Assembly (NCBI GenBank): GCA_045591965.1 | Contig: JAZNTX010000021.1 | Coordinates: 66,331 to 130,330 of the forward strand | Reading direction: 5' to 3' | DNA length: 64,000 bases | Origin: Tidjanibacter sp. | Lineage (GTDB): Bacteria; Bacteroidota; Bacteroidia; Bacteroidales; Rikenellaceae | In this document: piece after piece, positions 27,289-36,987 of the stretch | Layout: the number at the start of each line of letters is the position of its first letter | Numbering within the stretch: the first letter of the stretch is position 1 | Program-made: the position numbers and the translations under genes | The notes under the pieces: model-generated | What the model saw: only the letters and a program-made list of their open reading frames with translations | What the model was told of the DNA's origin: nothing | Database searches by the model: none

Positions 27289-30200
27289 ATGAAGAAATTC
27301 TACACATTGATTGTTTCGTTGTTTGTGGCTATGAGCGCAATGGCTCAGGTTACAACTTCGAGTATGAGCGGTAAGGTGACCAGTAACGATGGTACTGCAC
27401 TTGTTGGTGCCACTGTTATTGCCGTTCACACCCCTTCGGGTACCCAGTATGCTGCTGTGGTTGATGGCAATGGTGTATATCGCCTTGCTAATGTTCGCCC
27501 CGGTGGTCCCTACACCATCGAGTTCGAGTACATCGGCTACCGTACTCTTAGGCGTCAGGATGTTACCATCGGTCTTGGTGACAACTACACTCTTAACGCT
27601 ACTCTTAGCCCAGAGGGTCAGGAGATTGAGGCGATTGTTGTGACTGGTGACGGTCTGGATAGCAACATGCGTACCAGCAACGCAGGTGCTCAGACTACCA
27701 TCAGCACAAGGATTATGGAGAGCATGCCTACTGTTAGCCGTAGCATGAACGACCTGATGAAACTCACTCCTCAGGCTGCTTCGACCTCCAATGGTTTGGC
27801 AGTGGGTGGTGGTAACTACCGTCAGTCGTATGTTACTGTCGATGGTGCTGCTTTCAATAACGCATTTGGTATCGGTGGTAGCCTTCCCGCAGGTGGTGCT
27901 CCTATCTCGTTGGAGGCTTTGGACCAGATGAGTGTAAACATCACCCCCTTTGATGTTCGTCAGAGTGGTTTTACCGGTGGTGCTATCAACGCTGTAACCA
28001 AGAGCGGTACCAACGAGTATAAGGTATCGGTTTATGACTACTACACCTCTGACGCTCTTATCGGTACTAAGTATGCAACCAAAGATGGTGAGGTTAAGGA
28101 GTTGAGCCTCAGCGAGTCGCTCAGCAACACCGTTGGTTTCAACATTGGTGGTCCTATCATCAAAAACAAACTCTTCTTCTTCGTTAACTTTGAGTACGAG
28201 AACAATGTAAGCCCTGGTCAGAGCCGCAAGGCATACGATGGCAGCGAGGGTGAGTGGACTGTTGATGTTGGTAAGAATAGCCAGTTTAACCGTCCTACCA
28301 AAGAGTTTATGGAGGAGGTTAAGACCTATTTGAAAGATACTTACAACTACGACCCCGGTCGTTATGAGGACTACTCGATTCAGATTCCTAACTACAAGGT
28401 AATGGCTCGTTTGGACTGGAACATCAACAAAGATCACAAGTTCAACTTGCGTTATAGTTACACCAAAAATAAGTACTCTTCGAAACCTTCGTCGTCGATT
28501 AGTCCTATGGACGGTAGTACCTACAATAGGAATACCTATGGTCGCACTTCGAACTATGCACTCTACTTTGAGAGTTCGCGCTACTATCAGGAGCAGAACT
28601 TCACCTCGCTTGCTGCTGAGTTGAACTCTTCGTTCTTGGACGGTCAGTTGAATAACACCTTCCGTGCTACCTACTCGCACCAGTACGAGCCTCGTAGTTT
28701 CGAGGGCGATTTGTTCCCCACTGTGGACATTCTTCAAGACTATGTGGATGCAGAAGGTAAAACTCAGAAAGCAGTTCTTACCTCGTTTGGTCCCGACCCC
28801 TTCACCTATGGTAACCTTCGCGATGTAAGCACTGTTGTTGTTACCGACGAGGTAACCTACCACACAGGTATCCACAATATTGTAGGTGGTTTGCAGTATG
28901 AGTATGATAACACCAAGAACGGTTATATGCAGGGTGGTGCAGGCTACTATGTATATAACTCGTGGAATGATTTTGTAAACAATGCTGAGCCTTATGCATT
29001 TGTGATTACTCACTCCAACCGTGACGACTTGCAGCAGGTTTATCCTTCGTTTGACTTCCATCAGGTTTCGGCTTATGTTCAGGACGAGATGAATATCAGC
29101 AACAACTTCAAACTCACCGCTGGTCTTCGCTTGGAGTTGCCTTTCTATCCCAACATTGATGGCAACGAGAACAAAGCATTCACTGAGATGTATGCAAACC
29201 ACGGTGGTTACAAGACCTCCGATATGCCCGCTGCTACTCTCAACATCTCGCCCCGCGTTGGTTTCAACTGGGATGTATTGGGTGACCGTAGCGTAGTATT
29301 GCGTGGTGGTAGCGGTATCTACACCGGTCGTCTGCCCTTCGTATGGCTCGTATCGGTTGCAGGTAACAGCAACTGCATGCAGGCACAATACAATACTACT
29401 TCGAAACAGAATCCTGATGCACTTCCTTCTGGCTTCAATACCAATATCAACGACATCCTCGCTGATATCTATGGTGGCGAGTTTAAGGCTGGCGAGTTGA
29501 GTGCTCCTTCGCAAGCAACCATCTTGGACAAAGACCTCAAAATGCCTACTACTTGGAAGACTTCACTTGCTGCTGACTTCGACCTTCCCTTCGGTATCAA
29601 GGGTTCGATTGAGGGTATCTACAACAAAGACCTCGTTAGCGTAGCAGTTACCAAGACCGGTCTTAAAGAGGGTGAGGTTCAACTCCCTGGTGAGCCTGCT
29701 CCTCGTGTAAGTTACTCTAATATTGAGGGCGTTGGTGCAAATGCTTATTTGATTTCTAACGAAGGTATTGACAAACAGGGTTACTACGCATCGTTGACCG
29801 CATCTTTGAAGAAAGATTTCAACTTTGGTCTTTCGCTCTACGGTGCTTACACCTACTCCACTTCGAAGAATGTAATTGATGGTATCGGTGACCAAGTTAC
29901 CTCGGCATTCAACACCAACACCTATGGTGTGAATGGCTCGAATGCACATGAGTTGGGTTACTCCTCGTATGTTTCGCCTCACCGCTTGGTATTGAACGCT
30001 AATTACCGCTTCGCGTATGGCAATGGTAAGTTTGCAACTACCGTAGGCTTGTTCTATGAGGGTTACAACTACGCTTATGTTGGTGATTATAGTTACACCC
30101 GCACTTCCTACACTATGATGAGGGTAGATGAGGTTAAAAACAAAAACTACAATGTGAATGGTGACGGTGGTGCTTACAGCCTTATGTATATCCCCACCGA

Positions 30201-30603
30201 GAAAGATTTGGAGGGTATGACCTTCTCGTCTGAGGAGAATAAGGCTGCCTTCAACGAGTTCATCAAGAGCGACAAGTACCTCAGCCAGCACCGTGGCGAG
30301 TACTCGGAGCGTGGTGCCGTTGTTATGCCTTGGTTCAGCCAGTTGAACTTCAAGATTAACCAGGATATCAACTTTATGGTTGCAGGTAGGAGACAGACCG
30401 TTCAGCTCGGTTTGGATATCAAGAACTTGGGCAACCTCATCAATCCTGCTTGGGGTAACATCCAGCAGTGGGGTGCTAACGAAATCTTGTCTATCAATCA
30501 GGACGATGTTTACACCTTCAACACCAAAAATGCTCAGTGGAACACTTATGGCAACACCATCTCCACTTGGTCGATGTTGCTTAGCGCACGCTACTTCTTC
30601 TAA
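27289..30603 (+). CDS. TonB-dependent outer membrane receptor (Oar-like, carboxypeptidase-regulatory-like N-domain)
   Basis: Signal peptide; QVTTSSMSGKV, plug region FDVRQSGFTGGAINAVTKSGTN; C-terminal LSARYFF; no SusD partner. Confidence 0.9.
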   Translation: MKKFYTLIVSLFVAMSAMAQVTTSSMSGKVTSNDGTALVGATVIAVHTPSGTQYAAVVDGNGVYRLANVRPGGPYTIEFEYIGYRTLRRQDVTIGLGDNYTLNATLSPEGQEIEAIVVTGDGLDSNMRTSNAGAQTTISTRIMESMPTVSRSMNDLMKLTPQAASTSNGLAVGGGNYRQSYVTVDGAAFNNAFGIGGSLPAGGAPISLEALDQMSVNITPFDVRQSGFTGGAINAVTKSGTNEYKVSVYDYYTSDALIGTKYATKDGEVKELSLSESLSNTVGFNIGGPIIKNKLFFFVNFEYENNVSPGQSRKAYDGSEGEWTVDVGKNSQFNRPTKEFMEEVKTYLKDTYNYDPGRYEDYSIQIPNYKVMARLDWNINKDHKFNLRYSYTKNKYSSKPSSSISPMDGSTYNRNTYGRTSNYALYFESSRYYQEQNFTSLAAELNSSFLDGQLNNTFRATYSHQYEPRSFEGDLFPTVDILQDYVDAEGKTQKAVLTSFGPDPFTYGNLRDVSTVVVTDEVTYHTGIHNIVGGLQYEYDNTKNGYMQGGAGYYVYNSWNDFVNNAEPYAFVITHSNRDDLQQVYPSFDFHQVSAYVQDEMNISNNFKLTAGLRLELPFYPNIDGNENKAFTEMYANHGGYKTSDMPAATLNISPRVGFNWDVLGDRSVVLRGGSGIYTGRLPFVWLVSVAGNSNCMQAQYNTTSKQNPDALPSGFNTNINDILADIYGGEFKAGELSAPSQATILDKDLKMPTTWKTSLAADFDLPFGIKGSIEGIYNKDLVSVAVTKTGLKEGEVQLPGEPAPRVSYSNIEGVGANAYLISNEGIDKQGYYASLTASLKKDFNFGLSLYGAYTYSTSKNVIDGIGDQVTSAFNTNTYGVNGSNAHELGYSSYVSPHRLVLNANYRFAYGNGKFATTVGLFYEGYNYAYVGDYSYTRTSYTMMRVDEVKNKNYNVNGDGGAYSLMYIPTEKDLEGMTFSSEENKAAFNEFIKSDKYLSQHRGEYSERGAVVMPWFSQLNFKINQDINFMVAGRRQTVQLGLDIKNLGNLINPAWGNIQQWGANEILSINQDDVYTFNTKNAQWNTYGNTISTWSMLLSARYFF

Positions 30604-30617
30604 TAGAGTGGCTTCTT

Positions 30618-30657
30618 AAACAAAAAACTCCCCGATTTTTCGGGGAGGTTTTTGTTT
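30618..30657. terminator. Bidirectional intrinsic terminator
   Basis: AAACAAAAAACTCCCCGA/TCGGGGAGGTTTTTGTTT hairpin. Confidence 0.75.
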
Positions 30658-30755
30658 GTCTACCGTCTACCGTCTACCGTCTACCGTCTACCGCCATTAA
30701 GGTACTTCCCCTCTAAGTTAGAGGGTGGAGCGCGTGTAAAATTACTCTTTACTCT
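30658..30755. repeat. Composite intergenic repeat mosaic, site B
   Basis: (GTCTACC)x5 at 30658-30692, a degenerate CCCCT...AGGG palindrome, and TGTAAAATTACTCTTTACTC. Confidence 0.8.
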
Positions 30756-30943
30756 TTGCCCAATATATCCTTTACTTCGCCTTCGACTTTCAGCAGTCGG
30801 GCGCGGCAGAGTTTTATGAGTTCTGTTGCGCGAGTGACTTTCGATGCGAGTGTGTCGATATCCGACTCGCCATCCTCAATACTGCGCAAAATCTGCTCCA
30901 ATTCGGCAAGAGCCTCGCTGTAACCAATCTCTCTTTTCTCCAT
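30749..30943 (-). CDS. xseB: Exodeoxyribonuclease VII small subunit
   Basis: YSEALAELEQI...DIDTL..KV.RA.ELIKLCR.RL; follows xseA. Confidence 0.92.
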   Translation of the reverse strand: MEKREIGYSEALAELEQILRSIEDGESDIDTLASKVTRATELIKLCRARLLKVEGEVKDILGKE

Positions 30944-30955
30944 AGTCGTTATATT

Positions 30956-32203
30956 TTAATCATTTTTCTTCGTAATTGTAGCCTCAAAACCACCCTTTGC
31001 AAGGCGAATTTCAACACTCTCTCCCTCTGTGAGTTGAGAAGCGTTGGTTATAGTCCTGCCGCCACTGCGTACCATGGCAAAGCCGAGCGCGAGGATTCTC
31101 TCGGGCGAGGCAGCACCCACCCGAGCCTCGATGGTCGCAAGACGAGAGTTGTTGGTGGTAAATGTGCGCTCGGTGGCGTGGCTCAGACGCATAGATGCAC
31201 GCTCCAATCCTAATGTAAGGGTGCTGAGCAGGCGCTGGGCGTTGTTTTGAAGCCTTGCGCCACAAAGTGTAAGGCGTGAGGTGTGGTTGATAAGTATAGC
31301 ACTTGCTGCTTGTCCAATCATACCATGGAGGCTCTCTACCTCTGTGAGGTAACTCTCCGCACGCGCCACAAGATAGTCGGCAACGGCCGTTGGGGTTTTG
31401 AGCGACTCGGCAGCCACAAGGTCTGCCACCGAGGAGTCCTTGTCGTGACCTATGCCTGTCAGCACAGGCAGCGGAAATTGGGCAATATGGGAGCAGAGCG
31501 CGTAGGAGTTGAAACACTCTAAGTCGCTCTGCGAGCCACCACCACGAATTATCGCCACAGCGTCAAACTCCTCGTCGCGCTCGGCAATCTCGCCAAGAGC
31601 GGAGATTATCGACTCCTCCGCAGCCGCGCCCTGTACAATAGCCTCAAAGAGGGTTGTGTTGATGGCAAAGGGCGACTCGGCAAGATGGTTGTGGAAATCC
31701 TGCAAGCCCGCAGCAGTGGCAGACGAAATAATAGCCACGCGCTGTATGACAGTGGGGCAGGGGAGTGAACGATTGAGGTCGATAACCCCCTCGCGAGTAA
31801 GAGCGTCGATTACCTCCCTCTTGCGCCTTTCGTTTTCGCCAATGGTGTAGGCAGGGTCTATGTCGCTAACAACAAGCGAGAAGCCATACGACTCATGAAA
31901 TGTTACGCCAACTTTCAAAAGCACACTCATGCCCGCTGCAAGGTCGCATCCCGTAGCCATTCGGAAGTGGGAGGCGATACCCGCCCAACGACTGCGCCAG
32001 ATGGCAGCCGAGGCTTTTGCTTTGGGTGCGCCCTCTTGGTCGCCCTTCTCGATAAGTTCGAGATAGCAGTGACCCGAGTAGCGGTTTTCCTTCATCTCGC
32101 CAATCTCTGCACTTATCCACACACCAAATGGGAAACGCTCCGCAAGGGTGCGCTTGACATTGGAGAGCAACTCCGAGAGTGGTATGTGCCTTTCGGTAGG
32201 CAT
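30956..32203 (-). CDS. xseA: Exodeoxyribonuclease VII large subunit
   Basis: WISAEI, SGHCYLELI, IIRGGGS, GIGHDKD, TPTAVA. Confidence 0.93.
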   Translation of the reverse strand: MPTERHIPLSELLSNVKRTLAERFPFGVWISAEIGEMKENRYSGHCYLELIEKGDQEGAPKAKASAAIWRSRWAGIASHFRMATGCDLAAGMSVLLKVGVTFHESYGFSLVVSDIDPAYTIGENERRKREVIDALTREGVIDLNRSLPCPTVIQRVAIISSATAAGLQDFHNHLAESPFAINTTLFEAIVQGAAAEESIISALGEIAERDEEFDAVAIIRGGGSQSDLECFNSYALCSHIAQFPLPVLTGIGHDKDSSVADLVAAESLKTPTAVADYLVARAESYLTEVESLHGMIGQAASAILINHTSRLTLCGARLQNNAQRLLSTLTLGLERASMRLSHATERTFTTNNSRLATIEARVGAASPERILALGFAMVRSGGRTITNASQLTEGESVEIRLAKGGFEATITKKND

Positions 32204-32231
32204 AGAGTGTGTTGCTTACTTATTCGAGTGG

Positions 32232-33467
32232 CTAAAATTGTGTGAAATCTGTACCGTTGTGGGTGCCGTACTTATGACCCGTAGTGGGGGATTGGAATAC
32301 TCGGCTCCAACCATCGCAGGCGGTAACTTCCTGCACCTCTTCGCCATTGATGACCATACCGCCACTGCGTCTGCCCCTAAGGGATATGGGGTTGAGCATT
32401 GAGCCTATGCCAACAAGTGCCACAATCGCAACAATAATCAGCATCGCAATCAGCGCACCAAGCAACTTGAAGAGCGCCTCGGCAGTGATGAGGTAGAAGA
32501 GGGGGAAGAAGATGAACAAAATAGCCCACCCGTTGCCCTTGCACAAGCCCCAAATTGCGTTAAACAATGAGGCTACGCCAACGATAATACCAATAACCAA
32601 AAGGAATTCGAAACTTTCCAAGAAGTATGCCAATGCGGTGCCAGCGTAGGCTACCACTGCAATTGCGAGATTGACAACGACCGACACGGTGTCGTCTTTC
32701 GCCTTTGTGTGGTGCGCAAGGAAGTGTCCCATAGAGGGTGGCAGAACAACTGCACCAATGATGAGGGTAAAAGTGAGCACCAATCGCAGGCAGAAACTAA
32801 GGAAGTCCCACAGCCACTCCCAGTCGTTATAGAGCCAATCCCACTTCAAGAAATCCACATATCCACCGCCCAACACAAGGTAGTTGATAAACTCCAAACC
32901 CATTGTAAGAATGAACACTATCAGGGTGGGGAGCATCGCCTTGTGGTTGAAACGGGTGTCGTTCTTAACATCAGCAGCCCAAGTCAACAGACCGCCCATA
33001 GTCAGCATAAATATCAGCAGCAGTAGCGTTGTCAGTGCGGGCGAGCACTGGAAGTGGAAATGAGAGTCCTGCAACTCATCGGCAAGGTCGCAGAGTATCA
33101 TCGCACTGTCCATTGTGATATCCTCGCTGTGACTCCAATGTGCTCTGTATCTGAGTTTTTGGCGGAACACGAAGTCGTTATCCACAAAGTGGGTGAGGTC
33201 TGGATTGTGTATGCCCGTACCATCGGAAAAACCGACTTTTGCCATATCGGTATCCCCAACCTTGATGTCGTAGAGGAAGCAGGGAGTGCCAGACTCCACC
33301 TGCTTGACTACCGCTGCATCTTCGCTGACGGACTTGTAGAGGGGAATCTCTCCACCCGTCTCGTTGTTGTAGAGAATGTACTTATTGACGGTATTGGTGC
33401 AACCGCAAAAGAGGGCGGAGCACAATAGCACACCCAACATTGCGATACGACTAAATGTTGTTTTCAT
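32232..33467 (-). CDS. Hypothetical polytopic membrane protein with a lipoprotein-type signal
   Basis: Start MKTTFSRIAMLGVLLCSALFCGC at 33467; soluble N-domain, then about 7 hydrophobic segments. The upstream part of the long ORF call is an antisense shadow of prfA. Confidence 0.7.
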   Translation of the reverse strand: MKTTFSRIAMLGVLLCSALFCGCTNTVNKYILYNNETGGEIPLYKSVSEDAAVVKQVESGTPCFLYDIKVGDTDMAKVGFSDGTGIHNPDLTHFVDNDFVFRQKLRYRAHWSHSEDITMDSAMILCDLADELQDSHFHFQCSPALTTLLLLIFMLTMGGLLTWAADVKNDTRFNHKAMLPTLIVFILTMGLEFINYLVLGGGYVDFLKWDWLYNDWEWLWDFLSFCLRLVLTFTLIIGAVVLPPSMGHFLAHHTKAKDDTVSVVVNLAIAVVAYAGTALAYFLESFEFLLVIGIIVGVASLFNAIWGLCKGNGWAILFIFFPLFYLITAEALFKLLGALIAMLIIVAIVALVGIGSMLNPISLRGRRSGGMVINGEEVQEVTACDGWSRVFQSPTTGHKYGTHNGTDFTQF

Positions 33468-33626
33468 ACGCTGATTTGGCTTGATTTTTCTGTATTTATT
33501 CACAAATATAACTCTTTTTTTTGATAAGAATGCGAATTGTGGGGCTAAATGGGTGGTATTATTACCGCTCGACATTTGAACAAATCCCCAAAAAATCATA
33601 TCTTTGCGCCCAAAGTAGAAAAAATT

Positions 33627-34715
33627 ATGGTAGATAACGCAATACTTAACCGCCTTGACGGTTTGAAAATCAAATTCGAGGAGATGGGTCAGCAGATGAC
33701 CGACCCCGAAGTAATTGCCGATATGAAACGCTTTGTGCAACTCAACAAGGAGTACAGAGAGTTGGAGCCCCTTGTGGCTGCGGCAGATAAGTTCAAAAAG
33801 ACCCTCGCAAACCTTGCAGATGCAAAGGATATTCTCGCCAACGAGAAAGACGAGGATATGCGCGAAATGGCTCGCGAGGAGGTGGCAGAACTCGAACCTC
33901 TGGCAGAGCAGTTGGAGGCAGAGATTAAACTCCTGCTTATCCCCAAGGATCCCCAAGATAGCAAGAACGCTATTGTGGAGATTCGTGGCGGTACGGGTGG
34001 CGACGAGGCTGCATTGTTTGCTGGCGACCTCTTGCGTATGTATATGAAATACATCGAGAGCAAGGGTTGGCGTTACGAAATCAACTCCTTCTCGGAGGGT
34101 GCCGCAGGTGGCTACAAAGAGGTCGTAATGAAGGTTACGGGCGATGGTGTCTATGGCACCTTGAAGTACGAGAGTGGTGTGCACCGTGTGCAGCGTGTGC
34201 CCGCAACAGAGACTCAGGGTCGTATCCACACCTCGGCGGCGACCGTTGCAGTACTTCCCGAGGCAGACGAGTTCGATGTTGAAATTAGCATGAACGATAT
34301 CCGCAAGGATACCTACTGCGCGAGTGGTCCTGGTGGTCAGTGTGTCAATACTACCTACTCGGCAGTGCGTCTTACCCACATCCCTACGGGTATTGTCGTT
34401 CAGTGTCAGGACCAAAAGTCGCAACTTAAAAACTTTGACAAAGCACTTGAAGAGTTGCGTACCCGTATCTTCAACTTGGAGTACGCCAAGTATATGGACG
34501 AGATTGCCTCGAAGCGTAAGACTATGGTCAGCACGGGCGATAGGAGCGCGAAAATCCGCACTTACAACTATCCTCAGGGGCGTATTACCGACCACCGCAT
34601 CAACTACACCATCTACAATCTGCCTGCCTTTATGAATGGCGACATTCAGGATTGTATTGATCAATTGGTTGTAGCCGAGAACGCCGAGCGACTCAAAGAG
34701 AGCGAACTTGGTTAA
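33627..34715 (+). CDS. prfA: Peptide chain release factor 1
   Basis: GGQ motif, RF1-type PAT tripeptide, ESGVHRVQRVP, RTYNYPQGR; TATCTTTG box at 33599. Confidence 0.96.
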   Translation: MVDNAILNRLDGLKIKFEEMGQQMTDPEVIADMKRFVQLNKEYRELEPLVAAADKFKKTLANLADAKDILANEKDEDMREMAREEVAELEPLAEQLEAEIKLLLIPKDPQDSKNAIVEIRGGTGGDEAALFAGDLLRMYMKYIESKGWRYEINSFSEGAAGGYKEVVMKVTGDGVYGTLKYESGVHRVQRVPATETQGRIHTSAATVAVLPEADEFDVEISMNDIRKDTYCASGPGGQCVNTTYSAVRLTHIPTGIVVQCQDQKSQLKNFDKALEELRTRIFNLEYAKYMDEIASKRKTMVSTGDRSAKIRTYNYPQGRITDHRINYTIYNLPAFMNGDIQDCIDQLVVAENAERLKESELG

Positions 34716-34840
34716 AAAACGCATATAACGCGCGTCTGCGGAGTTATACTTCGATAAGCGGAGTTCCTCATTTACGATTAGTAAACTGTGGACTCCGCTT
34801 TCTCGTATACCTTGCATCCATCGCATTCTCTGTGTTTTTA
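34716..34840. repeat. Structured palindromic element downstream of prfA
   Basis: AAGCGGAGT/ACTCCGCTT (34756-34764/34792-34800) enclosing TTTAC/GTAAA, with outer partial pairings. Confidence 0.5.
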
Positions 34841-34893
34841 CCACTTGGGGGACTTGCAGAAGAGCACCCTCATTAAAAGCACTCCCCTGACGC

Positions 34894-34933
34894 AAAAAAA
34901 CTCCCAAACTCAAAACGAGTTCGGGAGTTTTTT
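34894..34933. terminator. Bidirectional intrinsic terminator
   Basis: AAAAAAACTCCC...GGGAGTTTTTT hairpin. Confidence 0.7.
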
Positions 34934-34955
34934 GTTTGTTGGTCGGGTAGAAGAA

Positions 34956-36032
34956 CTACTCGTAAACCTTGGGAGTAAGTTTGCCTTCGAGAACCCTCTG
35001 GGCATTCATTGCTAGAGCCTCCAACTCGTTCTCACCGGGCATAACCACCACCTTAGCCATAGGCTCAATCATATCCTTGATATAGCCCACAACATTCTTG
35101 TCGTAGGCGATACCACCGGTGAGGATGACAGCGTCTACCTCGCCTTTGAGTACGGCAATCATCTGACCGATGAACTTACCAACACCGTATGCCATAGCGT
35201 CGGCAACCAAAATAGCCTCCTTGTCGCCTGCATTGTAGCGGTTCTCAACCTCGCGCATATCGTTGGTATTGAGGTGTGCCACAACACCGCCTTTGCCGTT
35301 AATCATCTTGGTAATCTCGGCAAGGGTGTAGTTGCCACTCATACACATCTTAGCAAATGCGAGTGCGGGAACGGTACCTGCTCTCTCGGGCGAGAAGGGA
35401 CCCTCGCCATCGAGTGCGTTGTTTACATCCACAACCAAGCCTTTGCGGTGTGCACCAATCGAGATACCACCACCCATGTGAGCCACAACCAAGTTGAGAT
35501 CCTCGTAGGGTTTGCCAATCTTGTCGGCATAGACGCGAGCCACAGCCTTCTGGTTCAGGGCGTGGAAGATAGACTGACGCTCCAAAGCGGGAATACCCGA
35601 GAGGCGAGCCACATCCTGCAACTCATCAACAACCACGGGGTCGGCAATGTAGGCGTGAACGCCTGCAAGTTTAGCAATCTCGGCAGCCAAAAGTGCGCCC
35701 AAGTTCGAGGCATGATGACCTGCGGGACGCTCCTTGATATCCTCAATCATCTGCTCATTAACCTCATAAGTGCCGCTGGGAATGGGTTTGAGCAGACCGC
35801 CACGACCAATCACTGCATCCAACTCAGTGAGGGCGATACCCGACTGTTTGATAGCATTGAGAATTACATCCCTGCGGAAGTCGAGTTGGTCGAGGATGGT
35901 TTTGTAGCGACCAATCTCTTCACTCGAATGGCGAAGGGTAGTCGAAAAGAGTTCCTTGTCGTTCTCGAATACTGCAACCTTTGTCGAGGTCGAACCAGGG
36001 TTGATAGTTAAAATTTTATACGCTTTCTCCAT
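34956..36032 (-). CDS. buk: Butyrate kinase / branched-chain carboxylate kinase
   Basis: INPGSTSTK, HASNLG, HALNQKA, HMGGGIS, GPFSPER. Confidence 0.93.
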   Translation of the reverse strand: MEKAYKILTINPGSTSTKVAVFENDKELFSTTLRHSSEEIGRYKTILDQLDFRRDVILNAIKQSGIALTELDAVIGRGGLLKPIPSGTYEVNEQMIEDIKERPAGHHASNLGALLAAEIAKLAGVHAYIADPVVVDELQDVARLSGIPALERQSIFHALNQKAVARVYADKIGKPYEDLNLVVAHMGGGISIGAHRKGLVVDVNNALDGEGPFSPERAGTVPALAFAKMCMSGNYTLAEITKMINGKGGVVAHLNTNDMREVENRYNAGDKEAILVADAMAYGVGKFIGQMIAVLKGEVDAVILTGGIAYDKNVVGYIKDMIEPMAKVVVMPGENELEALAMNAQRVLEGKLTPKVYE

Positions 36033-36059
36033 TGTTTTAAGTGGTTTTAGGTTATACGA

Positions 36060-36962
36060 CTATTTTGCCGAGAGGCAAGCCAGAGCGATAGAGTAGAGTT
36101 TGGTCTTGGTTGAGTCACCACGCGAGGTGAGAACGCAAGGAGCCGAAGGACCAGCAACCATTGCTGCCAACTCTGCGCCCGCAAACTTCGAGCAAGCCTT
36201 GAAGAATACATTACCACTCTCAATGTTGGGGAAGAGCAAGCAGTCTGCATCGCCGGCAACGGGACCGGTGAGTTTCTTAATCTTCACGCTCTCCTCATCA
36301 ATAGCAACATCGAGTGCCAAAGGACCTTGGAAAAGACCTTCGCCGAGTTCGCCATTCTGTCCCATCTCCGAGAGGGCAGCAGCCTCAACCGAACTTACAA
36401 CCTTGGGCAAGAGTTGCTCGCTGGGTGCAAGAAGTGCAACTTTGGGGCACTCAATGCCGAGGTTTTGTGCAGTCTGCACAAGGTATTTAGCAATCTGTTT
36501 CTTCTGATCAATGGTGGGGCAGGGAAGAACTGCAACATCGCTCACTACGAGCAATTTGTGGTATGCGGGAACCTCCAAAACGGTAACATGGCTGAGGGTA
36601 GTACCTGCGGGAAGCAAGCCCCACTCTTTGTTCAAAATGCCACGCATATATTTGTCCGTAGGAACAACACCCTTCATCAATACATCGTACTCGCCATTGT
36701 GAACAGCCTTAACGGCAATCTCCACAGCCTTAACATCCTCACTCTCGGGGATGATGGTGTATTGGCTCATATCTACGCCCTCAGCCTCGCACGATTTTTT
36801 AATCTCCTCGGGGTCGCCCACAAGTGTTACCTCTGCCAAGCCAGCCTTGATAGCCATGTCGGTAGCACCAATCGAGTGAGTGTCCTGACCGTATGCTACA
36901 ATCATCTTTTTTTTGCCACGAGCCACTGCCGCAGCAACAATCTCTTCCAAATGTTTAATCAT
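36060..36962 (-). CDS. ptb: Phosphate butyryltransferase / acyltransferase
   Basis: LMKG, SHV, GPLALD.A, PNIESGN, VLTSRGD; adjacent to buk. Confidence 0.85.
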   Translation of the reverse strand: MIKHLEEIVAAAVARGKKKMIVAYGQDTHSIGATDMAIKAGLAEVTLVGDPEEIKKSCEAEGVDMSQYTIIPESEDVKAVEIAVKAVHNGEYDVLMKGVVPTDKYMRGILNKEWGLLPAGTTLSHVTVLEVPAYHKLLVVSDVAVLPCPTIDQKKQIAKYLVQTAQNLGIECPKVALLAPSEQLLPKVVSSVEAAALSEMGQNGELGEGLFQGPLALDVAIDEESVKIKKLTGPVAGDADCLLFPNIESGNVFFKACSKFAGAELAAMVAGPSAPCVLTSRGDSTKTKLYSIALACLSAK

Positions 36963-36987
36963 AGTCTTAAATAAAAGTGTTTTTAGG

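Noticed and set aside
27265-29514. 749-aa minus-strand ORF opposite the TonB receptor
   Set aside because: Antisense shadow of a strongly codon-biased gene; no motifs recognised.
33468-34913. N-terminal 482 aa of the 893-aa minus-strand ORF
   Set aside because: Overlaps prfA antisense; the credible gene starts at ATG 33467 with its own promoter box.
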